A stretch of 64,000 bases of DNA. It comes from Adineta vaga (lineage: Eukaryota; Animalia; Rotifera). Position 1 is the stretch's first letter, and every line of letters starts with the position of its first letter. A model generated the notes under the pieces. That model saw only the letters and a list, made by a program, of their open reading frames with translations, did not search any database and was not told the DNA's origin. Made by a program: the position numbers and the translations under genes. The stretch spans positions 3,038,001-3,102,000 of the forward strand of contig CP075497.1 of NCBI GenBank assembly GCA_021613535.1, in the 5' to 3' direction. Positions 30,701 through 41,722 of this stretch are shown here, in pieces.

Positions 30701-32748
30701 CCTGCTTCGAGCGGATTCAATCGAGGACAATGACGAGAGAACGTGTCAATTAGAATATATACATATATCTGAACATAGAATAAATTGATTCCTGTACTTT
30801 GTTATTATTTTATTAACTGATCTTCATTTAGACATTAACGGCAAATCATTTCGTCAACAATTATATGAATTAAAAGTCAAAATGCATACATTACGTAATG
30901 ATTTAATATCAATACGACGTATGCAACAATCGTTAACAGATAATTTCAAAACACAATTACACGATGCCAATAAAAAGATCGAAGTAAAATAAGATAATTT
31001 CTATTATCAAGAGATTTTATTTTGATTATTTTTCTTTCTCGCTAGAATCATATTCATCAATTACATCAAACAGACACACGTTCAGCACAATGTCGAAGTG
31101 TAGAAGATGAACTTGATTTATATATGATCAACAGTACAAAAATTGATCGAGATTTAGAGTAAGTTCAAATTGAATATATTGTTGACTGAACGAATATAAC
31201 ACCTGTTTGTGAAATAATAGAGATTTAGAAGCATCAGTAGAAGAATTACAAAATGATGTTAAATCGAAACAATGTTACGTCACAATGAATGATGTTGAAA
31301 GTTTTGCATTAGTTCTCAGTACAATTAGTCGATCATTAGTCGATTTAAAAGGTAAGAAAATTTAATGTTAAATCAATATGATATAGACTGTCTATTGTTT
31401 TCTTTCTCAAACAAATAGCTTCATTTCCTGTATTACGTGAAAAGATTTCTTCACTTGGTCCACAATCAACATTGAATGATGATCAGAAGTAATTAAACGG
31501 CTACCTTTAAATGAAACGAATTCTATGTTACAATTCGTTTGTTTTTAGATTTTTACATGAAGAACCAGAACGATTAGATTATACTATCAAAAAATGTAAA
31601 CGATTAACAACCATGCTCTATCAGTTGAAACGATTGGCTATAACTCAAGAACAAAAATCATTGTCAATTAAGTCATTACAACGTCGATTTTCCTTCGGTA
31701 CAAATGGTAAAGCAGTAGATCGCAAACGTTTATTGGAACAAATCGAATCTATTTCTCAGAATTCTGATGGTCGAGTTAAAGCCATCGAAGTATGTAACTA
31801 TTTTATATAAATATACATATATTCATCTGTTTGTATTTGCAATTTAGAAAGCAGAAAAATTACGAGAATGTCGACTAAATTATGCGAATCAATTGGAAAC
31901 ACTCAAACAAATGAAATATGCATCTGAACAAGTGAGAAACGACTCTGATGACATTGTGAATAGTAGAAGAATATAATCCGTTGTTTTGCTTTTGTAATTT
32001 TTAGATCGATGGACGTGATTCAAGTCAATGTTTTGATACACGAAGTTTAACGAATTCAATTTTACTTTCATCAAGTACACGAACAAGTATATGTTCAATG
32101 CAATCGACAACTGATTCTGTTCCGTTATCAAATAATTGTCCATCACCTTCTCTTTCCTATATTGTTCGTCAAGCTCTTATTTCTCCTACAAATTCAGCAA
32201 TAACATCAACAAATGAATGTAAAATGCGTCCACAATCACTAATCAAACCACCCTCGAAAGTAACCTTTTCTCAACAATTAATAACAAATGGAAAATCATC
32301 AGCAAACTCACGTGATCATTCAACAGATTCATCTTTATCAACCAATGGTATTTGTATCAATAAAAAAAGCAAACCAACACCACCACCACGTACTCAAAGT
32401 ACATCATCATCTGCTGTTTCAAGTGCAGCATCATGTTCATCATCATCCAGTTCATCAACATCATCGAATGGTAGTGCTAATTCACGTTCAATAAATGGTT
32501 ATTGTGGTATAATTCCACTTGTTATTTCACCTGATCGACGTCATAATGGTCGATGTAATTCATTTTCATCCTCGAGTACAGATACTGATTCAGTTATATC
32601 TAATCCTCGTGGTACTATCTCACATAAATCGCCAACAGTACTTAATACAAAACCGATTTTAATATCAAATGGTTTTCATCACAAAACATCATCATCATCA
32701 TCAAATAATTCAACAGCATTGATGCGGGCTTCTGTCACTGATTTATAG
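18704..32748 (+). CDS. Sickle tail (KIAA1217)/SRCIN1-family AIP3-domain coiled-coil adaptor; multi-exon with alternative first exons
   Basis: Exons give LIDILKQKYP, RSSLP, GLCFLICGDETKKVLLPSYISCIDTLKALFVRAFPQHLTMKHM..IYIRE..FYQLEDM.DVKDRSVLKV, matching the conserved SKT/SNIP core. Coiled-coil exons at 30830-31930 (DLEASVEELQNDV, RFLHEEPERLD). The C-terminus is VTDL. The 5' start is uncertain. Confidence 0.8.
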
Positions 32749-33095
32749 TCCTTATTATTCTGTACAGTTCGCTATAGGTGTTTCTTTCTCTTTTTTTCTT
32801 CTGTACGTGTGTTTGTACAGCCTTGTCGTTTTGTTTTGTTTTTTCTTTCTCGTTTTTTTTACTATTATTTTTTTCGCTTTTCTTCTTTTTCTTTTGTTCG
32901 TATCGTTATATTATAGCAAGACAAGAATAAAAGTCAACGATTACTAAATTTTCGTCACTTCGCATAATTAGCAACTTAAATCAATAGAGCGAAACAAAAC
33001 ATAACACGGCATTGATCTAAAGGATAAAATATTTCATATGATGATTGTTTAATTTTCACTGTGAGAATAATAATGCGATAACAGATCAACTATAA

Positions 33096-34431
33096 ATGGG
33101 TGCAACATTGAGGTAAGTCATTCTATTGTTATTACCATACTTTCATATGAAGACCAGAAAGATTAATGAGTCTGTATTTAATGAGCAAGGTGTCACTTTT
33201 TTCTATATTTATATGTATTTAATTAATAGTTCGAGAAAAGATTTCAATCGTGTCCTTGCACAACAACCACGAACATCAATTCACATACCACGCTATGATT
33301 CATTACAGCCCATTCGAAGCGAAAATTCAACCGGCTCACTTCCAGTCAGTATTTCTCTCCTCTTCTTATCGGATAATATGTATATTTATATTCCATAGAT
33401 GCCTTTTCCTGAACTCACGTCGAAACCACAAATTCAACGTGAACATGAAAGTGCGAGTTTTTCAGATGCTATTTCTGTTGTTAGTGATCATACAGCACAA
33501 GTGAGAACTTCGACGTTTTCATTTGTACAAACATTTATTTTCCGACCTTTTTCAGTCAGATTCATCCTATATTATCTTCGATCAGATGCAACAAAAGCAA
33601 GTGAATGAGTTTCAACCTGATGCGCCTATGTATGATAAAATAAGAAGTAATGATACGGTAATTCTTTCTCGTTCGTTGATGCATGAAAAAGATCAACAGC
33701 AAATGAAAAATTATTGTTCTACATCTATTCGACCTGAACATACAATGGTTGAACGAAATGGAAAGAAGTTTATAGTAAAGGTTAAACATCGAACTGAACG
33801 ACGATACGTAGAATATAATGATCCAAATACACATAAGAAACGATTATTTGAAGTTATCGATTGTATACCATATCGAATAATAGAACCATACAATGAGCAT
33901 TCTAAATCAAACAATAGATCTTTACAAAGTACCGTTCGTTCTTCTCATTCACCCATTATTTTGGCACTCGCAGAGAATCGCTCAGAAACATCTTCTCCAT
34001 CCACTTCAGATCACAGTGAATATTCATCTTTTTTTCGAAGGGATACTTGCTTTTAGCATCATTTCTATCACATAGATGTAAATCCTCAAGACTATAACAG
34101 ACTATTTCAATCAGACAGTCATCGAATACAAAAAACAAATAAGACTAACAATAACTATGAACGAACTACGGATATTTCTACTGAAATCATGGGTAAATAC
34201 GAGCTATCGAGATCTTCTCATTCATTTACTGTGTCCAGAGATCCACCCGCCAATCGTCAACCAACAAACACAAATAAGTATGAACGGAAACCCGTAATTA
34301 CCCATACACACCCTACCGAAAACAAAGACTATCTCGACAAACAATTCAACTCGGTTAATTATACATCAATTCCAGTGGTAACTAAACAACAAAGTCAATC
34401 CATGATGAATAAAAGTGTGTCGTATATTTGA
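33096..34431 (+). CDS. Hypothetical protein with N-myristoylation-like start (MGATLS)
   Basis: Micro-exon ATG GGT GCA ACA TTG AG|gtaagt at 33096 splices in frame to 33230 (SRKDFNRVLAQ..), then links the ORFs at 33399, ~33560-34015 and 34057-34431. No family recognised. Confidence 0.65.
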
Positions 34432-34829
34432 AAAACAATTTTAGTTTCTTTTTGAAATTGCAATATGTGTTAGAAAGAATCACTGTTATTTGATTAATGA
34501 ATAAAATGACATTGATTTACTGAATAGTAGTCGATGGTATTTTCATTTTTTATTTTCCTTGTTAAAAATATTTCAAAAGATCAGTACGGAGAAGTAGTAA
34601 TTATTTACTATTGTTACCTATGCTTCATTATCGTGTAACTGCTGACAATATTTGCTTTCTTTTAACTCTTCGATTCCGATTGTTGTTACACAGTGAGAGC
34701 AAAGCATGTGAGAAGAAGAAATCATTTGTTTCTCGATTCTTGAAGAAATTCATTCTTTATTTTTACCTGAGACACTCGAGACACTCGAGACACTCATTTA
34801 GTATATTTTTTCTCTCGTTTCGCGGTAAC

Positions 34830-35324
34830 ATGGCAAGACCAACAAGATTTGCAAATCCTACGTTTACGGATTTTGAAATACTAAAGACAAATGATGACGT
34901 AAAGAAGGCAATAGCAGACACAAAGGATAAACTAGTTGTTATTCTTTTCAATATCCGGTAAGTGAATAAGAATCATTCGCATTGCGTTTTCATTTCTGGA
35001 TGTTTCTCATTTCATAGATATCCTGATCCTAATATGCATACTCTTGAAACAAGAATGAAGAAGTGGCTTCATCAGTACGAAACAAATGTAAAATTCTACA
35101 AATATATTGTTACCGATGAACCGCAAGATGTGAAAGGTATATATGAAATCAAAGAAGTACCAGTAGTATATTTTTTTCGTGATGGTGAAATTTCTGGAAA
35201 AATCGATGATTTCATGGAATCGGATCCTGATGCATCAGATACAACGGCACCAAATGAAAAGAGTCCGGATGAGACAAAACTTAAAAGCAAACTCGATGAA
35301 CTCTGTAAATCTGTGAAATACTGA
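34830..35324 (+). CDS. Thioredoxin-fold protein lacking CXXC
   Basis: Two exons (intron 34958-35018): ..KKAIADTKDKLVVILFNIRYPDPNMHTL..NVKFYK....YEIKEVPVVYFFRDGE. Trx secondary-structure pattern and cis-Pro motif are present; the WCGPC position reads YPDPN. Confidence 0.75.
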
Positions 35325-35578
35325 TTTGGATCGGATTAATTAATAGACTTTTTATGCCTGATAAAATTATTCTCAACTTGTTACGAAATCTCGCTATGAT
35401 TTATGACTTCAAAAACTATTTTGAAAACAGTTTATTTAAATTACATCAGTTATCTATGGTGATTCTCTCTTATTCTTGAACATTTCAATAAGATTTCATT
35501 GAAAAGTATTTTTTTTGTCCTTTTTTCATAAGAAACTTTGAGTGTCGGAAGAAAAAGAAAAGTCTATGAAAAGAACTT

Positions 35579-35644
35579 TCCAGGCAGACAAAATCAATAA
35601 AAAAACATTTTTACGCGTTTTTTTTAGACGCTTGTGTGTCTGGG
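35579..35644. mobile_element. Possible tiny MITE remnant
   Basis: Imperfect inverted termini TCCAGGCAGACAA ... TTGTGTGTCTGGG around an A/T-rich core. Confidence 0.3.
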
Positions 35645-36513
35645 TGTCAGTGGATTAGAGCCCGTGAAGAAAATTGTCAATGATTTCGTGATTTATTAGA
35701 TACTGCTTATTTTTTGTTTAAACATGAACTTCCACATACAATACAGAACTATTACCATCAATTAATGAAGTAATAGGTAAACAAATATTAAGAAAAAGTT
35801 TGTGAATCAAGAGTTATTTCAATCATGACTGACAAAGGCACAGGTATAAATCATCATCAAAATTTATTAATTTATATACATTATTGTAATCAAGATACGG
35901 GTGAATGTATTTTTTCTCTGCATTGACTTGTACACTGAAAAGAAGAAAGATTTTTGACGAAACCATTTGGATTTTGTGTAAAGTTAATGTTTTCCAAGAG
36001 TTATCGTGCAATTGTACGAAATCTATAAAAATTTCAGTACCATGTGAGCTGTTTTATTAAACTCCCATAAGTTCTTTGGAGATCAATAGTATTCTCAACC
36101 GACGCTATATATAGATTAATAGTCGACCGTCGATCAATTGGTTTTCTCCGGATCTTTGCTTCATCACTAAATTCTACCAATTTATTTTAAAATTTTATAG
36201 TTATATGAAATGTTTAGGTTTGTTTGTTACGGTCTTTCTCTCTATTGTAGAATAACTATCTACAATATCATCTTAACCACGCTTTTTTTTATTTGGTTTT
36301 CATCTAAATATGATTCAAGTCATAGTAAATCTATCGTGATAACGATTTTCTTCCATATAATTCTGTTTCAGTGGAAGAAAGGATCATGTTTTTTTTATAT
36401 CTAAATCTATTATGAATCAGTCATTTTTCCATTAATAAAACAAACAATATACATATATAAAATATTTCTGAATCTGACATTTAACATCTTTATACAATAT
36501 TAATTAAAATTCG

Positions 36514-37667
36514 TTAGGTTCGACATTTTTTGGCATTAAAAGATTGATCAAAATTTGAGTCGACTAGAGGTCGTTTTTTTCCAACTTTTACTTCACTACA
36601 TCGTAGGTGTTGTTGTTGACTACTAGTACCATGTTCATCTTCATCGATCATTTTCTGGCGTTCAGCTTGCATTGCATCATCGAGCCATTCGACACGCATC
36701 GATGGTTCGACATCTGTATTATTATGACTATTGTTCATGTTACTGATGGATCGAATGATTGAAAGTGATTTCTTATTTTGTTCATCATCAATTATTGATG
36801 AACGTGATATAGATGTATTACCGTTGTTATTATTGATGTTGTTATTGAGGAATTGTGCTAAAGAAGATTCAAGATCATTGAGCATTGTTTCTGCTTCATT
36901 AGAAATTTGTGATGATAATGGTTGTATCAAAGATGGTATGACTTTTGGCGATAAGACTTCTGATACAGGAATAGATGTGACAATCTGAGTTTTTTGCTTT
37001 TTATTGATAGGTTTTAGTGTAGTGCGAAAAGTTTGAGCAGGTTTCAAAGGTATAGTTGGTTTTATTGTTGTTATTGTTGTTAACGAAGGTACATGATTCT
37101 CTTCGTCTTCGTCATCTTCATCATTATCATCACCTGCTGAAACAAAATTCTAAAAAAAAGAATGAAATAAGATCAAAATGAATTCATTCTATTTTAACAA
37201 ACCAATGATCGATTTGGATTATAAGTACTAGCATATAATTTCTCAGCTACACGTTGTCCAAATTTTTGGCAAGCTTTGAGCCATGCAGGATGTACACATG
37301 TTGCTTGATATTCTTCAACTTTTTTATATTCTTTTCCTCGTTTACTCAATTTTCCCTAAATAAGAAAATGACAATTATTAATATATTCTCTTTGATTGAA
37401 CTATGTAATCTAGAGAAAAAAACAAACTTACCTGACAAATATAATGAGTAAAAGGTACATCGAATACCCAAACAAATTTTCCACCAAGTGCTGTACATTG
37501 TTGATGTAATACCATTCTATTTGTGGCTAGTTGTTGAGACACAAAAATAACAACACCTTGTAATGGAAGTTTACTCTGCATTGACTAAATAAAAAAACAA
37601 ATCAAATTTTGTTATTAAATGAAATATAATTTATTACTGATGAGAATGCCTGAATTTCTTCGGACAT
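36514..37667 (-). CDS. Mini-TopBP1-like protein: single BRCT (BRCT6-like) plus ATR-activation-domain motif, 323 aa
   Basis: Exons 37667-37638, 37584-37432, 37355-37203 and 37149-36514, all phase 0. BRCT: PLQGVVIFVSQQL..LGGKFVWVFDVPFTHYICQG..EYKKV..VHPAWLKAC..EKLYASTYNPNRSL. AAD-like motif EPSMRVEWLDDAMQAERQKM. Basic C-terminal NLS. Confidence 0.82.
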
Positions 37668-37938
37668 AGTCGACTCTTATTCGTTTACATATAGAAGACA
37701 ACGAAGAAATACATATACAACAACAACTGTGTGACTAGCCGTTTTTTCTTTTACCAATCATAATTGTAAATTGATAAACGACATCTATAGGTTATTGTTT
37801 AAATAAACCAATCATTTGTTAAAATACGTTTTTCATAGGTTAAAAACGGAGTTTGTTTTGTTTTAATTTCGCTACTTTCTATTTAGTTCATTGTTATATG
37901 TGATTATTTCAAAACACTCCAATGTCTTTAGTCAGGCA
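37668..37938. promoter_or_regulatory. Probable bidirectional promoter region
   Basis: About 270 bp between the divergent start codons of the BRCT gene (37667, -) and C6orf120 (37939, +). Contains CCAAT boxes (ACCAATCA twice). Confidence 0.5.
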
Positions 37939-38667
37939 ATGATCGCCTGTTGTTATAATTCATTCATTCTTCTTCTATTCTTTTCGTTTCTATCATCATC
38001 ATCATCATCTTCTGGATATGTACAATCATCCATTTATTCTTCTTTATTTAATGATGGTGGTGATGATACTAGTACTGAAACGAAAAATAACGAAGGATGG
38101 CAATCAATTGATGATGAATATATTGATGAATTAAAATATCATCGAACTTCATATCAACACGAACAAGACTTATTAGCAAGTATTTATGCACCCAATCGAA
38201 CTTATATTTCGATGCATGATGATCGAATTCAACCATCAAATTTTACATATTTTACATTTAAAAATCGTGGAACTTACAGATTTATTCTTATATCATTGCA
38301 CGGCGATGCCGATCTGTATATTTCAACACGTGATAAACATGTAACATATGATAACTATGAAATAAGTTCATGTACATGTGGTATTGATGAAATACTGATT
38401 GATCCCTATGTAAAACGACCTGTTTACATTGGGATCTATGGTTATTCACAATATCAAATAAGTCATTATCGTTTACTTGTTGAATTAGTGGATGCAACAA
38501 TTCCAGTTGATGCTGTGTACGATGACCAATCAACAAAGGAACAAGATACTTCACGAATAAATCAAAAAACTCCACGAGTTACTAGTGAAAATAAAGATGA
38601 TCAACAACACTTACTATGGAATATTCTTTTATGGCTACTGAATGTTCTGGTCGAAGCGTTAACTTGA
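37939..38667 (+). CDS. C6orf120: UPF0669/C6orf120-like protein (intronless)
   Basis: Signal peptide, then NFTYF..LISLHGDADLYIS..YDNYEISSCTCGIDEI....RPVYIGIYG and a C-terminal hydrophobic LLWNILLWLLNVLVE. Confidence 0.88.
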   Translation: MIACCYNSFILLLFFSFLSSSSSSSGYVQSSIYSSLFNDGGDDTSTETKNNEGWQSIDDEYIDELKYHRTSYQHEQDLLASIYAPNRTYISMHDDRIQPSNFTYFTFKNRGTYRFILISLHGDADLYISTRDKHVTYDNYEISSCTCGIDEILIDPYVKRPVYIGIYGYSQYQISHYRLLVELVDATIPVDAVYDDQSTKEQDTSRINQKTPRVTSENKDDQQHLLWNILLWLLNVLVEALT

Positions 38668-38904
38668 TCTATTTTTCTTTTCCAGTCTTTCATCTCGTTT
38701 TTCTTCTTCTTCTTTACGTCTATACGTATATATATATATATACATATACTTGTTTATTTGCCGGTGTTTTATTTGCTTTTTCTGATTTATTTATTTATTT
38801 TCCTCTCCGATCCTATACTTAATTCATGTCATATAACTAAACACTTTCTTTTTCTCTGTTCTTTTTTTTTCTAGATTATATTTCAATAAGAAAAACTCAA
38901 AACA

Positions 38905-40027
38905 ATGATGAGTACATTCAATCCAATGGGCGCACATTATGATACAATTAATGATAAAGATGATTTCAATATTGGAAATTCAAATAGAAATTATACCATT
39001 GATCCTTTAGAAACCGAAGCTGAACGAAATATTCGTACACGAACTGTGTAAGTAGAAATCAAACTTTTATATCTGATTTTTATTATTTGATATTCTTTAG
39101 TACACCTATTGTAACTGGTTCATCTATTGCTGCCTTCGTTTTCAATGGCGGTGTTATTTTAGCTGCTGATGTTCTTGGTTCATATGGTTCTTTAGCTAAA
39201 TATCGTAATTTACCACGTATTCATCAAGTTAATGACAAGACAGTTTTAGCACTTGGTGGCGATTTATCGGATGCTGATTATATTAAAGAAGCCATTGATT
39301 CTAAAGTGTAGGTGACCCATTTGAAAGGAACATTTTGATGATCTTTGCTTTTTTTTTATATAGTGAAGAAGATATTGTTCAAGAAGATGGTGGTGAAATG
39401 ACACCATTGGCTCTCTATTCTTGGTGCACTCGATTGATGTATCATCGACGAACAAAATTCAATCCATTGTTGACAAGTGTTGTAGTAGCTGGTTTAGAAG
39501 ATAATGAACCGTAAAGATAATTTATCAAATGAAAAAGTGAATTAATATTTATTATTCTATAGATTTCTTGGACGTGTCAATGATAAAGGCTCGGCTTATA
39601 AAGAATTTTTAATTATGACTGGTATTGCCAATCATTTAGCTCAAGTAAACTTATCGATTGTAGAAAATCATGTTGTTGAATAGTTGTTTATTTAGGGTTG
39701 GATTCGTACGATCTTAGAAAATTCCACTCAATTAAATAAAGATCAAGCTGAACAATTGATGGATCGTATTATTAAACAACTTTACTATCGTGATTGTCGT
39801 GCATTTGCTCGCGTAAAAAAAATGAATCTTTTGTTTTTGCAAATTAATTTTCTTTTTCTTTTCTAGTATCGTGTTTGTATTGTAACAAAAGATGGTGTTG
39901 AATTTAAAGCCAAAGAAGTCCAACCAGATTGGAGTTTAGCACCAAAATTGTATGTTTTAATCGATGTCTATTATTGTTCATATTTATTAAATATTTTTTT
40001 CTTTTTTCTAGACGTAATACAGAATAA
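38905..40027 (+). CDS. PSMB4: Proteasome subunit beta type-4 (beta7)
   Basis: Spliced exons give TPIVTGSS..FNGGVILAADVLGSYGSLAKYRN, MYHRRTKFNPL and QLYYRDCRA. Stop at 40025-40027. Confidence 0.95.
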
Positions 40028-41722
40028 ATGATTACATTCAAAATGATGAAAAAACAACAACAACAGAACAATATAGCCGAGAGTTTCATTCTTGTGTTGT
40101 TACTTAGTTCTTTTCTTTTTCTTTTATTATCATTCTAAATACAGACAAAGTCTTATTTCATGTTTTATATCTGTATCTATTGATATAGTATTGGCCATTT
40201 CGCTCCGAGCAGATAGATAGATATTCTGAAGGTCGCGTAAAACATCAATCGAGAAATCGATTCATTACTCTTACGATGTCAAAGTTGCCGTCATAAAATA
40301 CAATCAAGTGTGATAGAATATTTTCATTTTCTTCAAAGTATATTCAACAATCTCTTGAAATTGTGATTATTAACTTTGAACAAGTTTCTATTCTTGTAAT
40401 ACGAACAAAGGATGTAATTATACGTTGCGTACATTCATATTTCTCAGTTGATTGTTAACCATTTGAGAAGAAAAAAAAACAGAACTTCTTTTCGAAATCA
40501 TTGAGACTTCCATAGACATCTGTAGAAATTTAAAAGAACAAACACAATGATAAATAAAATTGATTAACATCTGTTTTAATCTGTCTGTCTCATCATTAAA
40601 CTGTTGCGAGAAGTGAATATGCCATGTATCATATTTCACATTTTTCATTCTTCTTCATATTTTAATTTGTCTATCGCTCGTGTTTCCATTGGCAATCCCT
40701 ATCCTATCCGAGATTAGAAGACAATGTTGTGCTCTTTCAACATATCAAACATTCAGTCTAATCAGAATGTTTGCTTTTATACTATGTCTATATTCTCTTT
40801 ATCGATTATTAAGATACATCTTCTTTGTTTTCCATTAACGTCTATTGATAGTTTGATCGGATAAGATATATGTTACTAGTCTGTCTGTAACAGATATCTC
40901 ATTCTCATAACAATAAATGAATGTATGCATCACGTCTTCAAAACAAAAAGAACTAATCATTTCTTTTTTCAAAGACTTCTTATTAGTCATTATACACATT
41001 CACACTTTTATTCAACTGTGATTAGTCAGGTAAGATGATGATGACACATCCTATTCTTCTTCTCTCTTCATACTTAATGGTACATGGCACGCGTCAATTT
41101 CTTTTTCTCTCTCTCTCTATCCCTTTCTCTTTCTTTATTTTTCTCCATTTCACTCGATTCAACTCGACATTCTTAACGCTTCTCTATCGTTCGAATAGTT
41201 CATCGAGAGGGAGAGAGAGAGAGAGCGCGACAGAGAGGAAGAGGAAGAAGGAGAGAAAGAGGGAAAGAGAGAATGACCGTTTGACCGGTTCAATGTTGCT
41301 CGCCGTATATTCATGTCATGGCTATTGGTCGATGAGGGATAGATGGAACAACGTACATGTAAAAAGTCTGTTCGTTTTCTCGTCATTGCCGTCAGTCTTT
41401 TTGCCAATGACATTAATTGAAGTGACGACTGCTATTATTGCTGTCCTACTTTCGTGATGTATGTCCCATTATGAATAACGATGCCACCACCTTTTTTTTC
41501 TATTACATTCATTAAATCGATTAGCTCCACATCTGTTCAATTCACATCGTCTATAGGACCAAGTTAACTTCGATGATCGACCTTAGTCATATTTCATTTC
41601 CAATAGAAACACGAGAAAAAGAATGCAAATGAACGAATGTTTTGTTTTTGTTGTAATATGAGTCATATATTGTAGATATTTACAATTCGATTGTCCTAAA
41701 CGTACGTTTTAAACAAAATATA

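Noticed and set aside
41035-41457. 140-aa ORF upstream of LLGL
   Set aside because: It is composed of CT/GA microsatellite translations and is likely promoter/5'UTR sequence.
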